64,000 bases of DNA from Alphaproteobacteria bacterium (GCA_964291265.2 OZ219747.1:4373095-4437094), one strand, 5' to 3'; counted from the stretch's first letter, positions 51,440-64,000 are shown. The notes: generated by a model not told the origin, from the letters alone. A program made the numbers and translations.

Positions 51440-52408
51440 ATGCCCGAATGCCAGCATGCCAGGGTCCTCATCATGGGGTCGGGCCCTGCCGGCCTGACCG
51501 CCGCCATCTACGCGGCCCGTGCCGGTCTCGAACCGGTCCTGCTTCACGGAATTCAACCCGGCGGGCAGATGACCATCACCACGGACGTCGAGAACTATCC
51601 GGGATTCGCGGATGTCGTGCAGGGGCCCTGGCTGATGGAGCAGATGACCGACCAGGCCCGCACGGTGGGGACCACCTTGATCCACGACCTGGTAGCCGAG
51701 GTCGATTTCTCCCACCGCCCCTTCGTGATCACGGGCGACTCCGGGGACATCCGCACCGCGGACGCGGTCATCATCGCCACCGGCGCCGAGGCGAAGTGGC
51801 TGGGCCTTGAAAGCGAAGCGCGGTTCCAGGGCTTCGGAGTCTCGGCCTGCGCCACCTGTGACGGCTTCTTCTTCAGGGACAAGGATGTGTGTGTCGTCGG
51901 TGGGGGCAACACTGCCGTCGAGGAGGCACTCCATCTTGCCCAGCTGGCCGCCCGGGTGCGGTTGATCCACCGGCGCGATGAACTGCGCGCGGAGCGGATC
52001 CTGCAAGAAAGGCTGTTCCGCCATCCACGTATCGAGATTCTGTGGAACTCCGTGCTGAGCGAGGTTCTGGGTACCGGTGAACCCCCTTGCGTGACCGGCG
52101 CCAGGGTGAGGAATGTCGTCACCGGCGAGGAACGCGACCTCGTGCTCGACGGGGTCTTCATCGCCATCGGCCACCGGCCCAACACCGGGATCTTCGCCGG
52201 ACTCCTCGACATGGATGAAGAAGGCTATCTCGCGACGGCGCCAGACAGCACGGCCACGGCGATTCCCGGAGTCTTCGCCGCCGGAGATGTACAGGACAAG
52301 GTCTACCGCCAGGCGGTCACGGCAGCCGGCACCGGTTGCATGGCAGCCCTTGAAGCGGAGAAACACCTCGCCCAAATGGCGGCGGGCCACCGTGAGGCTG
52401 CCGAATAG
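51440..52408 (+). CDS. trxB: Thioredoxin reductase
   Basis: GSGPAG, ENYPG, CATCDG, GGGNTAVEEA, AAGDV...QAVTAAG. Confidence 0.97.
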   Translation: MPECQHARVLIMGSGPAGLTAAIYAARAGLEPVLLHGIQPGGQMTITTDVENYPGFADVVQGPWLMEQMTDQARTVGTTLIHDLVAEVDFSHRPFVITGDSGDIRTADAVIIATGAEAKWLGLESEARFQGFGVSACATCDGFFFRDKDVCVVGGGNTAVEEALHLAQLAARVRLIHRRDELRAERILQERLFRHPRIEILWNSVLSEVLGTGEPPCVTGARVRNVVTGEERDLVLDGVFIAIGHRPNTGIFAGLLDMDEEGYLATAPDSTATAIPGVFAAGDVQDKVYRQAVTAAGTGCMAALEAEKHLAQMAAGHREAAE

Positions 52409-52423
52409 GCGGATGGGGCCAGG

Positions 52424-53314
52424 ATGGACTGGGATCGCCTGCGGGTCTTCTTCCATGTGGCGGAAGCGGGCAGTTTCACCAAGGCTGGCCGACAGCTCAA
52501 CCTGAGCCAGTCGGCCATCAGCCGGCAGATTGCCTCCCTCGAGAGGGAACTGGACGTCGAACTGTTTCACCGTCATGCCCGTGGTCTCCTCGTGACCGAA
52601 CAGGGAGACCTGCTCTACGCCACGGCCCGCGAGGTGTTCGGCAAGGTCGCCATGGTCGAGTCCAAGCTCGCCGACAGCAAGAAACGACCTGCCGGCCACC
52701 TTTCAGTGACCGCCACGACGGGTTTTGCGACGATCTGGCTTATGCCGAGAATCGTCGAATTCATGGATCGTTATCCCGAGATATCGATATCGCTCATCAT
52801 CGACGACGGCGAGCTCGATCTTTCGATGGGAGAAGCAGATGTCGGCATCCGGCTGTTCCGTCCGACGCAACCGTCCCTCATCCAGCGGCGCCTGAAGACC
52901 ATCCGCTTTCACTTCTACGCATCGCCGCACTATCTGAAGGCGTGGGGAACACCGGCATCCCTCAGGGATCTCGAGAAACACCGCATCATCATGTATGACA
53001 ACGGGCCCCTGCGGAATCTCGTCAATCCGGCATGGCTGCCCCGCTCATTCGGGATTGACAGGCCCCAGCGCCATCCGGCCCTGACCGTCAATTCAGTTCT
53101 CGGCATGCGCAACGCCGTGGAAATCGGTCTGGGCATCGCCATTCTTCCCGACTACGTCCTGCGCGGTACCGACCGCCAGGTCAGAGTCGATATCGAGGCT
53201 CCCCTTCCCACTCTGACAGCCCACATCGTCTATCCCGAGGAGCAGCGGGGATCGGCGCGGATCGCTGCCTTCCGCGACTTTCTCGTCGAGAAGGTCCGCG
53301 AGGACCGCGCCTGA
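52424..53314 (+). CDS. LysR regulator (LsrB/VtlR-like)
   Basis: MDWDRLRVFFHVAEAGSFTKA..LSQSAISRQI; position after trxB as in many Alphaproteobacteria. Confidence 0.9.
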   Translation: MDWDRLRVFFHVAEAGSFTKAGRQLNLSQSAISRQIASLERELDVELFHRHARGLLVTEQGDLLYATAREVFGKVAMVESKLADSKKRPAGHLSVTATTGFATIWLMPRIVEFMDRYPEISISLIIDDGELDLSMGEADVGIRLFRPTQPSLIQRRLKTIRFHFYASPHYLKAWGTPASLRDLEKHRIIMYDNGPLRNLVNPAWLPRSFGIDRPQRHPALTVNSVLGMRNAVEIGLGIAILPDYVLRGTDRQVRVDIEAPLPTLTAHIVYPEEQRGSARIAAFRDFLVEKVREDRA

Positions 53315-54485
53315 GACCGCCAACGCCCGAAGACAGGCAAGCCGAGCTCGGCATCGACTCGCTCCTGCTGGACTGCGGTGGTCTCCTGTTCGACATCGGC
53401 CGTGGGGCGGCGGCGGAACCGGACCCCCCGGGACGAACGGACTGAGACGCACCGCGCACAGGGCCTCCGAATGCTCGGCGACGACCCGCTCCGCATCCGC
53501 CTTGCGCGGGTCGGGGCCGAACGCGAGCGAGTTCGCGAGGCGGTCGACAGGCTTGCGGAGGCGGCGCTGCAGCGCCGCTCGGAGAGGTTTCGGTGTTCGT
53601 CAGGACAACAGACCGCAACGACACGAGTCAAGTTCCGGTCCGCTCCATCTCCCGTCCTGGACCGTGTTCCGCGACCGGGCGGCGGCTCTCAGGGGCGAGG
53701 AATTCCTTGCGTCCGAGGTGCGGCGCGCCGTGGACTGGGTGCTCGATGTCGATGCCCGCGCGAAGGTGGAGGCCGAACCGGACGCGTCGTCTCCGAAGGC
53801 AGGCGAAGGGCATGAACGCCAGCGGTAGGTTCTGGAGGAAACGCCGGACAGGCGGGACGACTCCCGGGACATCCGCACAACCCGCCCGGCGCCTGCTGGG
53901 CGAGGCCGGACGACCGCACCGCCTCGACCGAAGACGTCAACGAGGGCCGGGTCCACCGCGCGGTCGAGGCGAAGGTCGCTCAGCGCGTGGACAGCATTCT
54001 CTACAACAACCACAGGCTCCGGCTCGACGTCGTCGAGGCTTGCGGCTTGGATGCGCCCGAGCCGGGCAGCAGTATCGAGAGGATGTCCGCCGCCAGCACC
54101 GCACGCGGCTGCTTCCGGGCCGAATGGGCTGAGGAGACCCACCGCGTACGCATTCTGAATCCGCCGAACCCGGTCCAGACGCCCCGACAGACGAAGGAAA
54201 CGCCTTCGGAGCGGCGCGTCGACCGCTCCGAAGGTGTTGGGACATCCATTGAGAGGATTGTGTTATGAGCGCGCCATCTTTCAGCCGAGACTCTGATATG
54301 ACTTTCACCATGGTCGGCAACGCTGAGATTCCTGCGGAGGCGGAAGTGATTCCGAGAGTGAAGGGGTATCGGCGCCGCCCGGATGAACCGAAGGCACGGG
54401 TCGTCGCCGAGCCGTTGTCAGTTCGAGTCACGGTGCGTTCGCATAACGGATTTAATGATCACGAAAAAGCAAGGGAATCCCGGGC

Positions 54486-55955
54486 ATGATTCCGCTCTCC
54501 GATGCCACGCTGACCGACCTGCCGGAAACAGTTGGCCGTCCGGTCTACGACCGGGCGGCCCTGACACCGGGGATCGTCCATATCGGGCTCGGCAACTTCC
54601 ACCGCGCGCACCAGGCCTGGTATCTGCACCGGCTGTTCCAGCTCGGCCTCGACCGCGACTGGGCTATCCTCGGGGCCGGCGTGCGTCCCTACGATGCGGC
54701 ACAACGCGCGAAGCTACTGCAGCAGAACTGCCTTTCGACGCTGATCGAACTCGGTTCGTCCGGCAAGTCGGCCGAGGTCGGCGGAGCGATGATCGACTAT
54801 CTGCCGGTCGAGGACGGAAACGCCGCCCTCATCCGCCGGATGGCCGATCCGGCAATCCGGATCGTCTCGCTGACGGTGACCGAGAGCGGATACTATGTCG
54901 ATCCCGCAACGAAGGGCCTCGACGAGTCGCATCCGGACATCCGGCACGACATGGCAAACCCGCGCCGCCCACGCACGGCGTTCGGCGCGATGGCAGCGGC
55001 GCTCAGGCTCAGGCGCGAGAGGGGCATCGATCCGTTCACCGGCCAGAGCTGCGACAATCTCGTCGGAAACGGCGCGGTGCTGCGCCAGGCCGTGGTCTCG
55101 CTCGCACGGGCGTCCGATCCCGGCCTCGCTGCGTGGGTCGACGCGAACTGCTCGTTTCCAAACTCGATGGTCGATTGCATCGTGCCCCGGAGCGGGCCGG
55201 AGGCGCTTTCGCTTTCACAGGCGTTCGGTATCGACGACGCGGTTCCCGTCACGCACGAGAATTTCCGCCAGTGGATCATCGAGGACGATTTCTGCGCCGG
55301 GCGTCCGGACTGGGAGCGCGTCGGCGCTACCTTCTCGAACAGGGTCCACGATTACGAGGCGATGAAGATCCGCATGCTCAACGCCGGCCACCAGATCGTC
55401 GCGAATCCGGGCGAAATCCTCGGTCTCAGGACCGTCTCGGACTGCATGGCGCAGCCCTTGGTCCGGGCTTTCTTCAACAAGGTGCAGCGCCGGGAGATCG
55501 CACCTCATGTCGGGCCGGTTCCGGAGTTCGCGCCGGAGGACTATCTGGCTCTGATCGGCCGCCGTTTTTCGAACCTCGCCATCGGCGACACGGTACGGCG
55601 GGTCGCCTTCGACGGATCGTCCCGCCATCCGGGGTTTGTCCTGCCGAGTCTCCACGACGGCCTCAGGACTGGTGCCCCGGTCAAGGGGCTTGCGCTGGTC
55701 GAGGCACTCTGGGCGCGCATGTGCGCGGGGACTCGCGAGGACGGCTCCGCAATCGAGCCGAACGACCCGCACTGGGACGCGCTTCGCTCCGCCGCGAACG
55801 CAGCACGGGCCGATCCGCGCGCCTGGCTGGCGCAACGCCGGTTCTACGGCGATATGACAGATGCGCCGCGTTTCACCGGGGCATTCGTGCTCTGGCTCAA
55901 CAAGGTCTGGTCGGACGGCTGCGAAGCCGCCTTGCGGGCGTATGTCGGCACATAG
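54486..55955 (+). CDS. mtlK: Mannitol 2-dehydrogenase
   Basis: HIGLGNFHRAHQ, SLTVTESGY, SCDN, FPNSMVDCIVP, KIRMLNAGH. Confidence 0.9.
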   Translation: MIPLSDATLTDLPETVGRPVYDRAALTPGIVHIGLGNFHRAHQAWYLHRLFQLGLDRDWAILGAGVRPYDAAQRAKLLQQNCLSTLIELGSSGKSAEVGGAMIDYLPVEDGNAALIRRMADPAIRIVSLTVTESGYYVDPATKGLDESHPDIRHDMANPRRPRTAFGAMAAALRLRRERGIDPFTGQSCDNLVGNGAVLRQAVVSLARASDPGLAAWVDANCSFPNSMVDCIVPRSGPEALSLSQAFGIDDAVPVTHENFRQWIIEDDFCAGRPDWERVGATFSNRVHDYEAMKIRMLNAGHQIVANPGEILGLRTVSDCMAQPLVRAFFNKVQRREIAPHVGPVPEFAPEDYLALIGRRFSNLAIGDTVRRVAFDGSSRHPGFVLPSLHDGLRTGAPVKGLALVEALWARMCAGTREDGSAIEPNDPHWDALRSAANAARADPRAWLAQRRFYGDMTDAPRFTGAFVLWLNKVWSDGCEAALRAYVGT

Positions 55956-55985
55956 GGCTTCGGCCGACTTCCCTTCGAACCGCCC

Positions 55986-56990
55986 TCAGGCGATCCTCAG
56001 ACCCTCGCTGTCGAACCGATAGATGCGCCCGGTGTCCGGAGTCAGATAGATCGTGTCGCCATGGTGCATATCCACCTCGCCGCCCGACCGGACGGTGACC
56101 GGGTCGGCATATCCCTTCACGTGGACATGGAAGAACGTGTCCGAGCCGAGATGCTCCGATACGCCTACGCGTCCCTTCCAGGTGCCTTCGTCCGGCGACG
56201 GCGTAATGTGCTCAGGCCGGATGCCGATCGTTTGCGCGTCGAGCTTCTCGGCTTCCGGCCCTTGCAGAAAGTTCATCTTGGGGGAGCCGATGAAACCCGC
56301 CACGAACCTGTTCCGGGGCGTGCGATAGAGTGCCAGCGGCGAGCCCACTTGCTCGATCCTCCCGGCCTGCAGGACGACGATCTTGTCAGCCATGGTCATC
56401 GCCTCGACCTGATCGTGGGTGACGTAGATCATCGTTGTCTCAAGGCGCTTGTGCAGCTCGCTGATCTCGAGGCGCATGCCCACTCGCAGCGCCGCGTCCA
56501 GGTTCGAGAGGGGTTCGTCGAAGAGGAAGGCCGCGGGCTCGCGAACGATGGCGCGACCGATGGCGACGCGCTGGCGCTGACCACCCGAAAGCTGACCCGG
56601 CCGGCGGTCGAGATACTCGGTCAGGTTCAGCACGGCGGCCGCCTGTTCGACACGCCGGTCCTGCTCGGCCTTGTCCAGCTTCGCCATCCGCAGCGGGAAG
56701 CTGATGTTCTTGCGCACCGTCATGTGCGGATAGAGTGCGTAGGACTGGAACACCATCGCGAGGCCACGCTTGGCGGGCGGCACCGATGTAGCGTCCTCGC
56801 CATCGATTCGGATCGTGCCTCCGCTAACGTCCTCAAGCCCTGCGATCAACCGGAGGAGCGTGGACTTGCCGCAACCGGACGGGCCGACGAAGACGACGAA
56901 CTCGCCGTCTTCGATCTCGAGGTCCAGAGGCGGAATGACATTCACGTCGCCAAACGATTTTTCTACCTTGTCGAGAACGATGCGTCCCAT
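55986..56990 (-). CDS. smoK: Polyol ABC transporter ATPase
   Basis: [32 protein letters not shown]. Confidence 0.9.
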   Translation of the reverse strand: MGRIVLDKVEKSFGDVNVIPPLDLEIEDGEFVVFVGPSGCGKSTLLRLIAGLEDVSGGTIRIDGEDATSVPPAKRGLAMVFQSYALYPHMTVRKNISFPLRMAKLDKAEQDRRVEQAAAVLNLTEYLDRRPGQLSGGQRQRVAIGRAIVREPAAFLFDEPLSNLDAALRVGMRLEISELHKRLETTMIYVTHDQVEAMTMADKIVVLQAGRIEQVGSPLALYRTPRNRFVAGFIGSPKMNFLQGPEAEKLDAQTIGIRPEHITPSPDEGTWKGRVGVSEHLGSDTFFHVHVKGYADPVTVRSGGEVDMHHGDTIYLTPDTGRIYRFDSEGLRIA

Positions 56991-57000
56991 TGCTTTGCCC

Positions 57001-57831
57001 TCACTTCACCGCGCCGAAGGTCAGGCCGCGGACGAGTTGCTTCTGGCTGAACCATCCGAGGATGAGGATCGGCGCGATGGCCATGGTCGAGGCGGCGCTC
57101 AGCTTGGCGTAGAACAGGCCCTCGGGACTCGAATAGCTGGCGATGAAGGCCGTGAGCGGGCCGGCCTTGGCCGCGGTCAGATTCAGCGTCCAGAACGCCT
57201 CGTTCCATGCCAGGATAAAGTTCAGAAGAACGGTCGAAGCGATGCCCGGGACGGTCATGGGCGTCAGCACGTAGATGATCTCGTTCCTCAGCGATGCGCC
57301 GTCCATTCGTGCCGCTTCCAGGATCTCGCTAGGGATTTCCCTGAAATACGTATAGAGCATCCAGACGATGATCGGCAGGTTTATCAGCATCATCACGAGG
57401 ACCAGGCCGGCGCGCGTGTCGAGGAGTCCGAGTTCGATGAAGATCAGGTAGATCGGATAGAGGGCGCCCACCGCCGGCAGCATCTTGGTCGACAGCATCC
57501 AGAGCAGGATGTCCTTGGTCCGCCTCGACGGCACGAAGGCCATGGACCATGCGGCGGGAACGGCGACGACCACTCCGACAAGCGTGGAGACGCCGGCGAT
57601 GATGACCGAATTCCACAGGAAGCGCATATAATCGGAACGCTCCTGGACCACCGAATAATTCTCCAGGGTCCAGTTGAAGAAGAGAAAGACCGGCGGGTCG
57701 GCAATCGCCTCGGCCTCGGTCTTGAAACTTGTCAGGATCGTCCAGAGGACCGGGAAGAAGATCAGCAGGCCAATCGCCCAGGCGATGGCGGTATTGACGG
57801 TCTTGCGCTGGTTCGTGACGGCTCGGGCCAT
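57001..57831 (-). CDS. smoG: Polyol ABC transporter permease
   Basis: EAARMDGA loop, LSTKMLP, WNEAFW. Confidence 0.88.
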   Translation of the reverse strand: MARAVTNQRKTVNTAIAWAIGLLIFFPVLWTILTSFKTEAEAIADPPVFLFFNWTLENYSVVQERSDYMRFLWNSVIIAGVSTLVGVVVAVPAAWSMAFVPSRRTKDILLWMLSTKMLPAVGALYPIYLIFIELGLLDTRAGLVLVMMLINLPIIVWMLYTYFREIPSEILEAARMDGASLRNEIIYVLTPMTVPGIASTVLLNFILAWNEAFWTLNLTAAKAGPLTAFIASYSSPEGLFYAKLSAASTMAIAPILILGWFSQKQLVRGLTFGAVK

Positions 57832-57843
57832 GGCTGTCCCTCC

Positions 57844-58710
57844 TCATGCATCCAGGTTCTTGCCGACGATGCGCATAAGGAAGAGCGCCACGATATTGGC
57901 GAGAATGATCGCATAGACGCCGCCTGCCGACCCAAGTCCCACATTCTGGCTCTCCAGCACGCGCTGGAAGATCAGGTACGTCAGCGTTCGGGTTCCGAAG
58001 GAGCCCTGCGTGGTGACGAAGATCTCGGCAAAGATCGACAGGAGGAAGATCGTCTGAATCAGAACGACGATGGTGATGGCCTGACTGAGGTGCGGGAGGA
58101 TGATGTGGCCGAACCGAGCCAGCTGAGCGGCGCCGTCCATCTCCGCCGCTTCCAGCTGCTCGCTGTCGAGCGACTGGATCGCCGTCAGCAGGATCAGCGT
58201 CGCAAAGGGCAGCCATTGCCAGGACACGACAAGGATGATGGATATGAGCGAAGCCTGGCTCAGCCACTCCAGTGGCGCCAGGCCGAAGAACTTCCAGAGA
58301 TGCGCAAACAGCCCGTTCACTGGGTCCATGAACATGTTCTTCCAGACCAGCGCGGAAACCGTCGGCATCACGAAAAAGGGTGCAATCACCAGGATTCGAA
58401 CGATCCCCTGTCCCCATATGGGTTGGTCCAGAAGAAGCGCCAACAGCACCCCCAGGACAAGCGTGACCACGAGCACGCCGCTCACGATGACGAGCGTGGT
58501 CTGCACGCTCGGCCAGAACGAACTTGAGGTAACGAAGCGGAGGTAGTTGTCGAACCCAGCCCATCCCAAGTCGCCGCCGCGGAGCGGCAGATAGCGCTTG
58601 AACGAGAAGTAAAGCGTCATGGCAAGCGGCACGAGCATCCAGACGAGAAGCAGGAAGACCACGGGCGCCATCATCGCTCGGGCGATGGATCTGGAATGCT
58701 TGGTAGCCAT
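57844..58710 (-). CDS. smoF: Polyol ABC transporter permease
   Basis: WQWLPFATLILL, EAAEMDGA. Confidence 0.88.
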   Translation of the reverse strand: MATKHSRSIARAMMAPVVFLLLVWMLVPLAMTLYFSFKRYLPLRGGDLGWAGFDNYLRFVTSSSFWPSVQTTLVIVSGVLVVTLVLGVLLALLLDQPIWGQGIVRILVIAPFFVMPTVSALVWKNMFMDPVNGLFAHLWKFFGLAPLEWLSQASLISIILVVSWQWLPFATLILLTAIQSLDSEQLEAAEMDGAAQLARFGHIILPHLSQAITIVVLIQTIFLLSIFAEIFVTTQGSFGTRTLTYLIFQRVLESQNVGLGSAGGVYAIILANIVALFLMRIVGKNLDA

Positions 58711-58890
58711 GACGCCTCTCATTCCGGACCGGGACGAACCGGAGACGACTACCGCACCGTAGAGGGAGACCGGAGCCGCTCTCCGTCGCGGCGGTTGGCT
58801 GGAAAGGCCTGTTTATCCTTGGTCTTCGGCCTTTCGGGTTGGCGGAAGTCCGTGACCTTTCGGTCGACAGGGGGTTGCGGACGGGGTTCG

Positions 58891-60210
<1,320 letters not shown>

Positions 60211-60254
60211 CCGGATTCCCTCCCGTGAATGTCCCAAGTTTCCCAACTTGATTG

Positions 60255-60283
60255 ACTAAATGACACTCCCACCGACAAGTCAA
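60255..60283 (-). promoter_or_regulatory. Putative sigma70 promoter of smoEFGK
   Basis: Minus strand TTGACT-17 bp-TTTAGT, 45 bp before the smoE ATG. Confidence 0.5.
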
Positions 60284-60540
60284 GAGCAATTCTGACTTGC
60301 CCAGGACCATTCTGTCGTCGCGATCGGCGGTGGACAACCGCGTCAGTGGCCGTTCTTGAAGTGGGTGGCACCTTCTCGAGGTCGGAACCGGCATATCGAC
60401 AACGAAATCCGGTCCCGCATGGACCTCCAGATCTGCCTACAACGCCCCCTCGTCGGACGAAACCGGACAAAAGAATGGTCCTGCTGACTTGCCGCCCGCG
60501 CGCCGCTCAAGTCATATCTCCGACTGGCGTCAACGCTTAA

Positions 60541-60928
60541 GCCGAAGTTCCGGACGATTTCAGCGCTATAACCACATCAACTAGTTGATCTTACTGATAA
60601 AATCGCACAGAGACAACATGCAAGAGTTCCCATGTAACGGTGAAACACCCTGTTGACACAGGAAGCTGTTGCCCCCATGTACGTTGCCATGTACGTGGAC
60701 ATCGTCCCCAACCGCATGAGCCCCCCGCCACCAGTCTCTCCTCCTGGCCCATGGAGAACGTCGAAACCCTGCGGCCCTTCCAGGTCACCACGCGGCCCAC
60801 GCCGCTCCATAAAAAAGCCCTGAACCACCTCGGCGTGCGCCTCTAGCGTTCCCAGTAGCGCCACACGCGATTCTCTCAATCGTCAATACATTCATAACGA
60901 TACGTCTGAACGGTGCTGGAACTTCGGC
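60541..60928 (+). mobile_element. Internally deleted IS1634-family derivative (MITE-like)
   Basis: CTTAAGCCGAAGTTCC (60536-60551) and GGAACTTCGGCTTAAG (60918-60933) form a perfect IR, with TTAA on each side. Contains transposase start MYVDIVPNR (60689) and end FQVTTRPTPLHKKALNHLGVRL (stop 60846). Confidence 0.8.
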
Positions 60929-62188
60929 TTAAGGTCTCCCCGGATTGGCCAGCGACTGCTGATTGACCGCCTGCGGGACCCCCGCCGCCTTCACCAGCAA
61001 TTCCGTGTCGGGAGAGAAACGCCCGATGAGGGGCAGCAGCGCAGCCCCGAGCACACGCGCCTGCGGCCCGATAGACCCCGCCGCGATCTCGATCGGCGAA
61101 AGGCCGGTGGAGTCGAATTGGGCATAGGCGCCGCTCACGCCCTCGACCACGCGACGGCGCCAGTCGGGACGGAGAAGCCCGTCGATGACGACCTCTTCGA
61201 AGTCCACCACGCTCATGGCCGACATGACAGCTCGGGCAAGAGCCGCGACCGCACGCTGCAACCAGGCGTCGAAGATGGCACCGGCCTCCGCGGCGCCGCC
61301 AGGCCTCAACATCTCGGACGCGTCGAACCCGCTTGCAGCCAGCGCCCGCTCCAGATCGATCACCGAGGCCTGGTGAATGAGCTGATGAGGCCGGTTGCCA
61401 TCCCGGGGCCCGTCCATCGGCATCGAGCCCAGCGCGCCCGCATTGAACTGCCGGCCCCGGTACAAGCGGCCGTCAATGACGACCCCACCGCCGACAAACG
61501 TGCCCAGATAGATATAGAGCGCGCTGCTCCGGTCGATCCGGTCGCCGGCGATCATCTCCGCAGCACAGGCCGCCGTGGCGTCGTTGTAGAGCGACACCGA
61601 AAGGCCGGTTGCGGCTTCGAGCTCGGCGGCGACATCGATCTCGCGCCATGCTGCAATCGCCTCGCGTTCCAGGCCGAGCATGTCCGGCCATTCGTACATG
61701 ACCCAGGGCATGGCGACGCCGAATCCGACGATCCGGCTCTGCAAGCGGCGTTTCAGGGAATCGACAAGCTCCAGAGCCGTCTCTTTCACCAGGGCCATCG
61801 TCTGCGCCGGAAGCGGGACCGGATAGGGTGCGAACCGGGAAGTGACGACAGCGCCGCTGAAGTCGACCAGAAGAGCCTCGAGACTGCGCCGGCCGATCTT
61901 GATGCCCAGGGAAAAGGCCCCTTCGGGATTGAGCGCGACCGGCGTGAAGGGCTTTCCGATCCGCCCGCGGACCTTCTCGCACTCGACGAGCAGCCCGTCG
62001 GCAAGCAGGGAGTTCACGATAACCGTGGCGGCCTGACCGCTGAGCCCGGTGGTACGCGCGATTTCCGCTTTCGACAGGGCACCCGCCTGCCTGATGGCGG
62101 CGATCATCAAACGCTCGTTATAGGCCCTGAGGCCGGTAGACTCTCCGCCTCGCATCCCGTCTTCATTCCCTCGCGAGTACGCGGCCAT
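60929..62188 (-). CDS. ROK family transcriptional regulator
   Basis: N-terminal HTH LSKAEIARTTGLS, NDATAAC, YLGTFVGGG, NAGALG. Confidence 0.9.
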   Translation of the reverse strand: MAAYSRGNEDGMRGGESTGLRAYNERLMIAAIRQAGALSKAEIARTTGLSGQAATVIVNSLLADGLLVECEKVRGRIGKPFTPVALNPEGAFSLGIKIGRRSLEALLVDFSGAVVTSRFAPYPVPLPAQTMALVKETALELVDSLKRRLQSRIVGFGVAMPWVMYEWPDMLGLEREAIAAWREIDVAAELEAATGLSVSLYNDATAACAAEMIAGDRIDRSSALYIYLGTFVGGGVVIDGRLYRGRQFNAGALGSMPMDGPRDGNRPHQLIHQASVIDLERALAASGFDASEMLRPGGAAEAGAIFDAWLQRAVAALARAVMSAMSVVDFEEVVIDGLLRPDWRRRVVEGVSGAYAQFDSTGLSPIEIAAGSIGPQARVLGAALLPLIGRFSPDTELLVKAAGVPQAVNQQSLANPGRP

Positions 62189-62283
62189 GCAGATGCAAAC
62201 TCAAACACATAATCCCGCGAGTTCACATAGCGGCGCGATCCCTGGCGTTTGCCGCCCCCAATGCAGGTCGCAACCCGGGCGGA

Positions 62284-63225
62284 TCATCCGGCCTGGAGCG
62301 CCGGCAGGTCGGGGCGACGGGGCATATCGGCGCCGCGGCGTGTGCATGTAACGGCCGCCGCCTCCATGGCGAACGTGACGATGTGGCGGCATTCGTCCAG
62401 CGACAGTTGTTCGAGGCCCTGCTTCGTCGCCTTGCCGAGTTCGTCCAGGCCGCAGAGCAGACCGGCCTGGAAGCTATCGCCGGCGCCCACCGCATCGACG
62501 ACTTCGACCGTGCGGCCGGAGGCTTCGAAGATCTCGCCCCGGAGAGAGACCAAGGCCCCCTCGCCACCGCGGGTCACTACGACCAGTTGCACGCCCCGGG
62601 CGCTCCAGCAACCGACCATGCTGTCGATTCCAGCCCCGGGAAACAGCGCTTCGAGCTCCTCGTCGTTCACCTTGATGAGGTCCGAGATCTCCGAGAATGC
62701 CCCAACTCGTCGGCGCCATCGGTCCGCATCGGGCTCAGCCGCCAGGCGGAGGTTGGGATCGAAGGAGATGAGCTTCCCGCCACGATGGCGCCGGGCGAGC
62801 TCAAGCAGCGAGGAGCCGGTGGGTTCGACCACCAGAGAGTAGGAACCGAAATGAATGGCCGTCACAGAGTCCGGCAGATCGGGCAAATCCATTTCATCGA
62901 CCGAGCAGTCGGCGGCGGCGTGGCTGTAAAAGCTGTAATGCGGAATGCCTCCCGCCTCCAGGCCGACAAGCGCCAGTGTTGTCGGGTTCTGCTTGCTGAC
63001 GACATATGCTGTCTCCACGCCCTCTTCCTTGAGAGTCCTTTCCAGCCGGCGGCCGAGGGGATCTGTGGACAGGCCGGTAAAGAGGGCTGCCTTGCAACCC
63101 AGTCGCGAGAGACCGATGGCGACGTTGAAGGGCGAGCCGCCAACGCAGGCATCGAAGATGAAGCCCGCATCGGTTTCCGCAGAAGGCAAAAGGTCGAAGA
63201 GCGCTTCGCCACAGCTCAGAATCAT
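62284..63225 (-). CDS. PfkB family carbohydrate kinase (fructokinase-like)
   Basis: GEALFD, GGSPFNVA, FDPNLR, DAVGAGDSF. Confidence 0.92.
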   Translation of the reverse strand: MILSCGEALFDLLPSAETDAGFIFDACVGGSPFNVAIGLSRLGCKAALFTGLSTDPLGRRLERTLKEEGVETAYVVSKQNPTTLALVGLEAGGIPHYSFYSHAAADCSVDEMDLPDLPDSVTAIHFGSYSLVVEPTGSSLLELARRHRGGKLISFDPNLRLAAEPDADRWRRRVGAFSEISDLIKVNDEELEALFPGAGIDSMVGCWSARGVQLVVVTRGGEGALVSLRGEIFEASGRTVEVVDAVGAGDSFQAGLLCGLDELGKATKQGLEQLSLDECRHIVTFAMEAAAVTCTRRGADMPRRPDLPALQAG

Positions 63226-63773
63226 ATCAATCTGCCGCACTCCATGACCGACGGAGCCGCAGCATACCAGAAGGAACGAGTGAAGCGGTGAAAGCGCCAG
63301 GCAACCCTGCGGAGCTCGGCGTCACGCAATGGCGTTACTCGGCGTGGCTGTCGAACGTCGATCAGCATGTCAAGCGGCTGCGACAGCTACGAATAGTGGG
63401 CTCAGCGAACGACACGGAACACGCAACAATACCTGACTGCATGTTCGATTGGCCGCGAAGCCAACACAATTGCGTACAAGATCCTGGTTGGTGACGGCCG
63501 GAGCGCCGTCACCACATGGCGCCGCCCCCTGCCGGGAACCGAGAAGCTCTGGCAGAGTTACAAGATCCTCCTCACCTTCGTCGAAAATGACCGAAAAATG
63601 CGGAAACTCGATATGCTGAAACAGTTGGAGTTGACAGTGTCCGGTTGAAAGGTACCGCGTGCTCCGCCATGGGTTGATCTCTTTGCTGCGCCTCGGTCAT
63701 GACCTGCACGTGCAACTGCATCGCACGTCGAGCAACAACATCGCTGTTCGGCGCGGCCCGCTCGTGGAACCAT

Positions 63774-64000
63774 CTACATGAAGAGGGGTTCGTCCTCCAT
63801 ACTGGCGTAGAGAGAGGCTACCTCGACGCCGTAGCCGTTGTAGATCTCGGTGGGGACGGTCTCTCCGGTGCCAAGGACGCGTTCCATGGCCTGGCTCCAG
63901 CGCCGGTGGGGCACATCGGGATTGACATTGGCCCAGAACCCGTACTCGTTCCCCGCCACCTCTTCCCAGAACGTAAGCGGCCGTTCCTCGGTGAACGACA
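63774..64000 (-). CDS. msrP: Methionine sulfoxide reductase catalytic subunit MsrP, C-terminal part (truncated by the window edge)
   Basis: [22 protein letters not shown]...YNGYG..VASLY. Confidence 0.88.
   Translation of the reverse strand, partial: SFTEERPLTFWEEVAGNEYGFWANVNPDVPHRRWSQAMERVLGTGETVPTEIYNGYGVEVASLYASMEDEPLFM

Overview
GC-rich chromosomal window from an alphaproteobacterium (efp-suhB-motA/motB-like locus, gcrA, trxB-lsrB/vtlR and yqeY-dnaG-rpoD-tRNA-Ile2 synteny; Rhodospirillales-like is an inference). It is mostly core genes (efp, rpmE, greA, apaG, folE, trkH, argE/argF/argD, hslO, mlaA/mlaC, rpoD, dnaG, carAB, hspQ, trxB, msrP, two tRNAs) mixed with catabolic genes, a polyol (smoEFGK/mtlK) cluster and decayed mobile DNA. 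Most notable: (1) a degenerate tnpB bounded by terminal inverted repeats (17-bp perfect core, 22/26 overall) and a TTGCAAG direct repeat, an architecture typical of DDE-type elements rather than IS200/IS605/IS607; (2) a complete, overlapping tsaE-tsaB-tsaC-tsaD operon starting 35 bp after a duplicated 3' end of tRNA-Ile2(CAT), followed by a PhyH dioxygenase; (3) an orphan VanB-type reductase paired with an unknown His-motif protein; (4) a radical SAM/SPASM gene coupled to oxalyl-CoA ligase- and reductase-like genes; (5) a SuhB lacking its catalytic motifs; (6) an internally deleted IS1634 MITE. All assignments come from motif recognition by eye; no database searches were run.
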